The notes below the pieces were generated by a model. It was not told where the DNA came from and ran no database searches. It was given only the letters and a program-made list of their open reading frames with translations. Positions 57,790 to 64,000 of a stretch of 64,000 nucleotides of DNA are shown here, piece by piece (the first letter of the stretch is position 1; each line of letters starts with the position of its first letter). The stretch is from NCBI GenBank assembly GCA_000708835.1, contig DF237365.1:1-64000 (forward strand), written 5' to 3'. The DNA is from Klebsormidium nitens (Eukaryota > Plantae > Klebsormidiophyceae). A program made the position numbers and the translations under genes.

Positions 57790-60700
57790 ATGGCTTCTCA
57801 CACCCTCCCTATCGTCTGTGTGGTGGGACTGCTGCTTCTTTCGAGCTCAGCGGTCTCCGCTTTCCAGGGCTCAGAAGCCAACCCTGTGTTGGGACGTCGG
57901 TCTCTCCTTCAGTCGTGCCCAGCAAACCGGCCCAATCCGGTGAGTGAGAGATTGTCATGTGTTCATGTATGAGAACAATTGACTAGTGCTAGCAAAATCT
58001 AGAGTGTACACCAGGTCTAGCTCCGCTCATGAGTTGCCCAATGCATTCCTGGTTTCAAGTTTGATTGGGCTTATTGCTGGTGGTACAGTTCTCAGACCAC
58101 TTGGAAGGGTTTCCTGAAAGCTCTATTGAGCATAGACTTTGTTCAGTTGATTGCAGTTCTACTGCAAATGATGAATCTCCCAGTAATGGGGCATCAGGGG
58201 CTAAGTCAATCTGGTTTGAAGTTGCCAGTACAGCCCCTACTAGTGACTAGTGATACTATATGCTGCAAACTGCACAATGATGGAGATTAAGTGCAAACCG
58301 CTGCCAGATTTGACAGGATTGAGGGGTGCAAAGCAACGAAACAATTGAACTACCGGCAATTGGGCAGTGTTCATTAGTATATGCTCTTTCCATTGCTACG
58401 GCTTGCCTTGCTTCCACAATGGATGCATCTCGTGGTCAGAAATTCTGCTACAGCCATTCCCTCTTTTATGATCCACACCTCAAAAGCAGTGAACACCCAC
58501 TTGGCTTTTTTTCTGCCTAATCACAACATTGTGTCAAAAATGGTCTCCCTTGTGTGCTGTGTGCAGTGCTACAACAACGACGGCAGCAAGAGCACTTGCT
58601 GCCCCAGCCCCGGGGGTTGCAGCTCCACCCCTGGCCCGGAGCCCAGCTGCCAGAAGAGTGTGACCTTCGGAGGCATCGGAGCAGGCCCCTTCAGCACTTT
58701 CACTGCTGACAGCCAGGTCACCGTTAATGGACAGACCCTTCAGGTAGGACTCAAACATTATCTTGGAGTGCAGAGCTTTTCATTTAAGTTTCTGGCACCC
58801 CGTCAGGAGATGGTCAGAGGGACACCACAGCCCCTAAGTTGCAGCTTGTCTTTGGATTTCTACATCAGTGTTTCTCAAGATTCTGCAGCCTCCTCAAACA
58901 CAAGGAGCCTGGGCCCCATGTCAAGGACAACAACTCGGTGTGTTGATTGTGTGCTGTAAGCTTTTTCAGAATTGAGTGGACATTGACATGGCAATGGGAA
59001 CGGCATTAAACAAAGCTTGGACTGTAGTCCTGCGGAACCTCTGAACTTCAAGTTACTGCACTCACTCTCTCCAGTTTGAACCTTCTGAAGGGAGGTTCTC
59101 AGCTTCTTTACTGTGTTCCAGGAAACATTTTCCAATTGCTCAGTCATACCTTCTCTCAACTTGCAGTATCTGCCAATCGTGAGTGCCGTTATCGCCCTTG
59201 ACATTGACAATAGAAGCACCTATACCTCTTGAAGGGCTATCAGTCTACTGAATCGTTATCAACTCTTTCACCAACTTCAGCAGTTCGTCTGTGTGTCTGA
59301 GACACTGGCGGATTTCTTATCCAAGTCCGCTCAACCGACCTCTTTTCAAGTTCCATCTTCTCAGAGACCACTTACAAGGTGGTGCTGAGACAAAAGCAAG
59401 ACTATTCTTCCATCCTCTGTTTCTGCATCTCTCAACTACTTTTTCCTTGTCTGTAACAGCCTTATAAGGTCATGCTCGAGAGCAACAAGAACTATGGTGG
59501 CTACCAGTTCGCCCAAGTCCTCAACTTTGCCGGTGCGCCCATCGGAGGCAGCGGGGCCGCGGACAAGGTGGCGGCATTCGATAGAACCAGCCTGTTTGAG
59601 GAGTTTGGCAAGTACTGGGCAGTCACCCAGAATGAGCAGTAAGACTCCCTCCCATTCTGTCTCGCATGCTCTCTCGATTGCTCTTGGCATGAGTCGAGAA
59701 ACCTCATGCTGAGACTTCTTGCATACTTCTCAACTAATGCCGGGAGACAGTTGTCTCACATTCTTCCTACTGAGTGTTCAGATTCTCATCGAGCACCCAG
59801 AGGTGCTTACTGGCCGCCATATTGAGAAAAGAGATCATTGTCGGTTCCAAGTTTAGAGAAGACAAGCCGACTTGTTCCTCTCGGCTTCTGAACGGTAAAG
59901 TAAAACTCCTTTCCCATCCCACGTCCTAAATTCGTTTGCATACAGGTAGAAGCGAAAAGACGATTGCTCACCGGACACCGCTTATTGATCTGCAGGGTTG
60001 CCGGCTCAATGTACATCACCGAGCTGACCCAGAGCGCCGACGGCACGCTGACGCCCGTCAAGTCTCAGTTCGTGAAGCAGAACACCATCTTCGGCATGTG
60101 GTAAGTGTGACTCCCCGACAACCAGATATTGGTGTTTCCTTCCTGCTTCTTCAATCCCACAGACTTTCCATATTCAACCTGTTGTCGTTGGAAACCACTT
60201 TTGAACCCTTCGACCAAGGCAAAGACACTGCTCCGCCTCAGAGAGCGAAGGTCCGGAACTACTCTGGTTTCTTCGACCACCTGTTCATTGTTCATTGTTC
60301 ACCTGCTCATCGTCACCCTGTGCATTGTTCACCTGTGCATTAACCAGTTCGTGATTCGCCAAACCCGAAAACGCAGGCGCTTCGTAGATCACCAGTACAA
60401 CAAACTGAAGGGCTTCTCTCCCTTTTCCAGGCGCCCTTGCAGCGGCACTCTGACCCCCTGGAAGACCCACTTGGGCGGAGAGGAGAACACGCCCCAAACC
60501 CGCGGCTACCCGAACCTGGTGTGGGGCCAGAACCTGGCGGCGAGCTCCAAGCGCGGCAAGCCGTATGCGGACAGCGGCATCGCGGACCAGGCCAAGATCC
60601 ACGGACTGTCCGACCCCAAGGACGTGTCCCCCTACTGGTGCGTGCCCTTCCCAAGTGTGTGTTGTTGAACGGTGTGATGGCGAGAAGGGCAAGGCGAAGT

Positions 60701-63700
60701 AACAGTGACCCAATGTTATCATATCGAGCAGGAACGTTGGCAGAATGCAAATCCAAACGCGTCGGTTCTTGCGATGATAATCGAACGTGGGCTTATCGCG
60801 AATGTGTGGAGAAAACCTCTGATTGGGCACTGCGTTGGTCTGAGCTCGCTTTCGCCTTGATTCAACTCCTTTGTTTTGCAAGAAGAAGACCGGAAAGTCA
60901 TGTCTCGTGTGCCTCCGAATGTCCAGGTACGGCTGGGCGGTGGAGGTTGACGTGACCAACGCCGCGGGAGATTACACCGTCGCCAAGCGCTACGCTCTGG
61001 GCCGCTCTGGCAAGGAGATGCTCGTCGTCATGCCTGATCAGGTCAGAATAAACACGCGGAACAGATTGCCATGCACGCTGCGATCTTTCTTTCGTATCGC
61101 CAAACTCGAACATCTCGTGTAAGCTTTTCGAGTCGGCCCCATCGACTCTGCACATCTGCAACAAATCGCTCTGGCATCAGTTGGCCCCTAACTAGAGGCT
61201 CCAGTCTGAAGTTTCCCGTTACCCTCAAGAAGAATTTCTGAGGAGCATTGCTCTCAAATTTCAAAAATCGGCTAATCCTCTGTCGTTGTTTGTCTTGAGC
61301 GCTTCACATCCGCCGATTGCTGAGGTGCCGAGACCCGCGAATCCTTCACGGGCTGACGTCGGTTCCTATCATTCCCGTGTGCAGCAAACCGTGTACATCA
61401 GCGAGGACCAGAGCAGCAATGGCGCGCTCTACATGTTCAAGGCCACGGTCCCCGGGGACCTCCGCAAGGTAACACCTCCGCCCCGGCGGAAAGGCGAACG
61501 CTTTGACTTCTGTGTCTTCATCCAAGTCTTGTGCTTCTTCGTCTTATGTTCCTTGTCTCAAAAGTCGAATTTTTGCTTCCTCGTATCATGCGGGAAAGGA
61601 CGCTTGTGCTTAACTTCGAGGCGTTGTTCCTGTTTTATTCCTGCGCACGCTAGGTTCTCGGTGGCCCCTGTTTCTAGGGTGAAGCGCTCTCATCTTCGTC
61701 ACGAGTTTTTGCTCCTTCTTTTCAAAGCCGCACCCCTGTTCCTTTTTTCAATCGACCGTACTGTTGTAATTACTTCTGTGCTGCCCCCTCCCCTTTTCCT
61801 CCGCTAACGGAAGTCAGCCGCACTTCTCGGGAGCACTTGTAAAGGTACCGCGGTCTCCGGCTGTATTGCAGGGCAAGCTGTACGCCGCCAAGTGGACCCA
61901 GACGAGCGCCTCCAACGGCGGTTCCGCCCAAATCTCGTGGATTCCGCTCAACCCCGAGGGCGGTGACGTGGACGAGAGCCTCGTGCAGGCGGCGATCGCC
62001 GGCACTACCTTCAGTCAGACCAAGGCCAGGTTCGAGGTCAGTCGCGGCGCGGCAAACATCGTTTTTGAGACTTCGGCCCTTTTCTTTGCTGGTCGAGCTA
62101 CCACCGCTTGCTCAGTGAAGAAGCCGTGCTTCATTTTTGATAATCCAGGCGATGACCCACTTGTTGTGACGAAGTCTATTCTACTTGTTGACGGTTGAAA
62201 ATCAGTGGTGCTGGAGCGTCCTGTTTTGACATGTGATGTTGATCCGGAGAGCGATGCGAGCGACTCTGCTATGACTCGTCGGTTGCGTGAGCCGGCCCAG
62301 TCTCCGCTCTAAGACTCCACTTAAATCCAACACGGATAGGGCAGTTTGACGAGACTGCCTTTTCGTGCACTAGTTTCCCAGGGATAAACCTTCCAGTTAG
62401 TTTCAGCTTTAGAAGCGAAGCGTTCTGACTTCTTGCTCTTCTTTCCTTTGCTTCGATCAGTTCTTCTTGTCAGAACTTTCCCTCCGAAAGTACGAAGTTC
62501 AGTGAGCACATGACATGACGACAAGCCCCCGCACGCAAGCACGCCCTTTGAATTTCCAAGGTGGCTTTACGTTTGCAAGCCAATGATCCCTTAGGCTGAA
62601 TGGCCACGATTGACCCCCCGCTACGGCTATCTGTTCGCAGGACTTGTTCGACTACCAGGAGCCGACCTACCAAGCCGGCACCGGCACGCCCAACTCGCCC
62701 CCCGCCGGTTACGTGTCTGTCGTCGTTGAGGCTGACGGTATCCACGAGTGGCTGCGGGTAGGTAACGCTTGACCACTCTTACACCAGGGGTCAAGTCGGG
62801 AATAGAGGAAGCGAAATGTTTGTGATCATGTTTGTGGAGATCGGGTCTGGTCACTCGATGGGCGTCAGCCGGCGGCCGCCTCCGTCCATATGAGCTTTGG
62901 GTCCCGCAGGACGGACAAGTCAAACAAGGCAGTCCGGGTTCCCTTTCTTCACAAACGTAGGCAGTACTCCTGTGCCCCGCGCTTCCAAGTTCTTTGGGCC
63001 AGCTCGAAATGGAGCTGCTGAATCAAGCAATATTGAACGAGGTTCTTTTGTGGTTCCAGCATCGAAAGCCACAGCCTCCGTCCTGTTGATTCATTACGAG
63101 TACCCGTCAGTTTATACATCTAACTCTGCTTGCTCAAGGTTTCCAAAATTGCCCAATGGTGTCCGGTTGAAATGCGCTCGAAGTAGAAATAAAAGGTGAC
63201 TCGATGGGCCCCTGGCTTCTGCAGATTGTTTCAACCTGTTGCTTCCTTTCCCTGCCCCTTTCAGTTGAAGCCCGGCAAGGGCCCCCTCGCCTCCGTGCTC
63301 GAGTCGCGCCGCATGGCTGCCTACGTCGGTGCCACCACCGAGTTCTCCAAGTTCGAGGGCATGGCCTTCGACCCGCAGTCCAACTCGCTGTTCGTCGGCT
63401 GCACCACCGTCGACCGCAGCATGCTCGACAACCCCAACGTCCAGTTCTCCTACGATGCGGGTGCGCTCCCTACCTCGGTGTTGTTTGTGTGGTCCTTTTT
63501 GCACGCCGTGCTTTGCTTGATGGCTGTTGACTTGCCATGCCTTGTTGAGCACCTTGAGGCGGCTACCCACTCAGGCGTCCTCGATCCACTTTCGCACGGT
63601 ACTGCTTCATCAAAACGAGGAATATAAGCCTTCAGGAGGAGCTTCTTACTCTCGAGCGCCACGCCGAGGGCCACTTGTTATCTACTCCCTTTGCAGAAAT

Positions 63701-64000
63701 GAATTACTATGGGCCCGTTTGGTCTGCTGCTTTTTCTAAAGGGGCGGGCGCTCATCAGCCCATCAGCCCGTATGCGACTGAAAGGCATCAATGACGTTGA
63801 CAGCTTTGCAGTCGTCTGAGAAGCGTGCAGATTCGTCCAAGAAAGCGAACTCTAAGCGCGGATTCTTGCCGCTAGCTCGCTCACTCAAAACGCACTTTAC
63901 CCGCAGGCGGCCCGAACCACGTGCGCCTGGAGAAGATCCCCGGGGGCGTGGTGTACCGGCTGAACCTGCAGTACAACGGGCAGGTCGGGTCCAACTACGT
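57790..64000 (+). CDS. phoX: Secreted PhoX-family (DUF839) alkaline phosphatase, multi-exon, truncated by the window end
   Basis: Signal peptide MASHTLPIVCVVGLLLLSSSAVSA; GKYWAVTQNEQ|VAGSMYITELTQ; GMW|RPCSGTLTPWKTHLGGEE; PYW|YGWAVEV; ALGRSGKEM; TVYISED; ALYMFKATVPGDL; GKLYAAKWTQ; LESRRMAAYVGATTEFSKFEG. These match the algal/cyanobacterial PhoX pattern. Confidence 0.85.
60278..60341 (+). repeat. Short degenerate tandem repeat (CACCTGTKCATTGTT-like units) in a phoX intron
   Basis: CACCTGTTCATTGTTCATTGTTCACCTGCTCATCGTCACCCTGTGCATTGTTCACCTGTGCATT. Confidence 0.6.

Noticed and set aside
58875-59219. 114-aa antisense ORF in a phoX intron, faintly LRR-like
   Set aside because: No regular LxxLxL periodicity, a non-ATG start and no supportable flanking exons; only a database search could rescue it.
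59608-59640. Possible GC-AG donor (G|GCAAGT) in phoX
   Set aside because: Its phase does not match the next exon. The weaker GT donor at 59639 keeps the frame and retains the VTQNE motif.

Overview
Intron-rich eukaryotic nuclear DNA from a green plant lineage. The gene set (GUN4, RGP/UAM, organellar SerRS, PhoX), many short GT-AG introns and compact spacing suggest a streptophyte alga such as Klebsormidium; this is inference. Twelve spliced protein genes were reconstructed by hand: ULP1/SENP SUMO protease (+), organellar seryl-tRNA synthetase (-), a short PRKCSH-domain membrane protein (+), GUN4 (-), ATP23 (+), a mitochondrial carrier (-), an agmatinase-like ureohydrolase (-), a HAD hydrolase (+), an RGP/UAM-like protein (+), BiP (-), GRP94/HSP90B (+) and a secreted PhoX-type phosphatase (+, runs off the window). 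Also present: two non-autonomous DNA-transposon-like elements, a 365-N assembly gap and a GGTACC-rich tract. Highlights: (1) BiP and GRP94 are head-to-head around a ~0.9 kb spacer with UPR-type motifs; (2) the ureohydrolase keeps its metal ligands but has His->Asn and Glu->Cys changes at conserved active-site positions, and it lies between a carrier and a HAD gene; (3) the RGP has lost two of three key arginines; (4) PhoX carries an RRSLLQ motif and a 6-Cys N-terminal module. No rRNA, tRNA or CRISPR was seen. Exon boundaries and motif counts are manual and unverified by transcript data.
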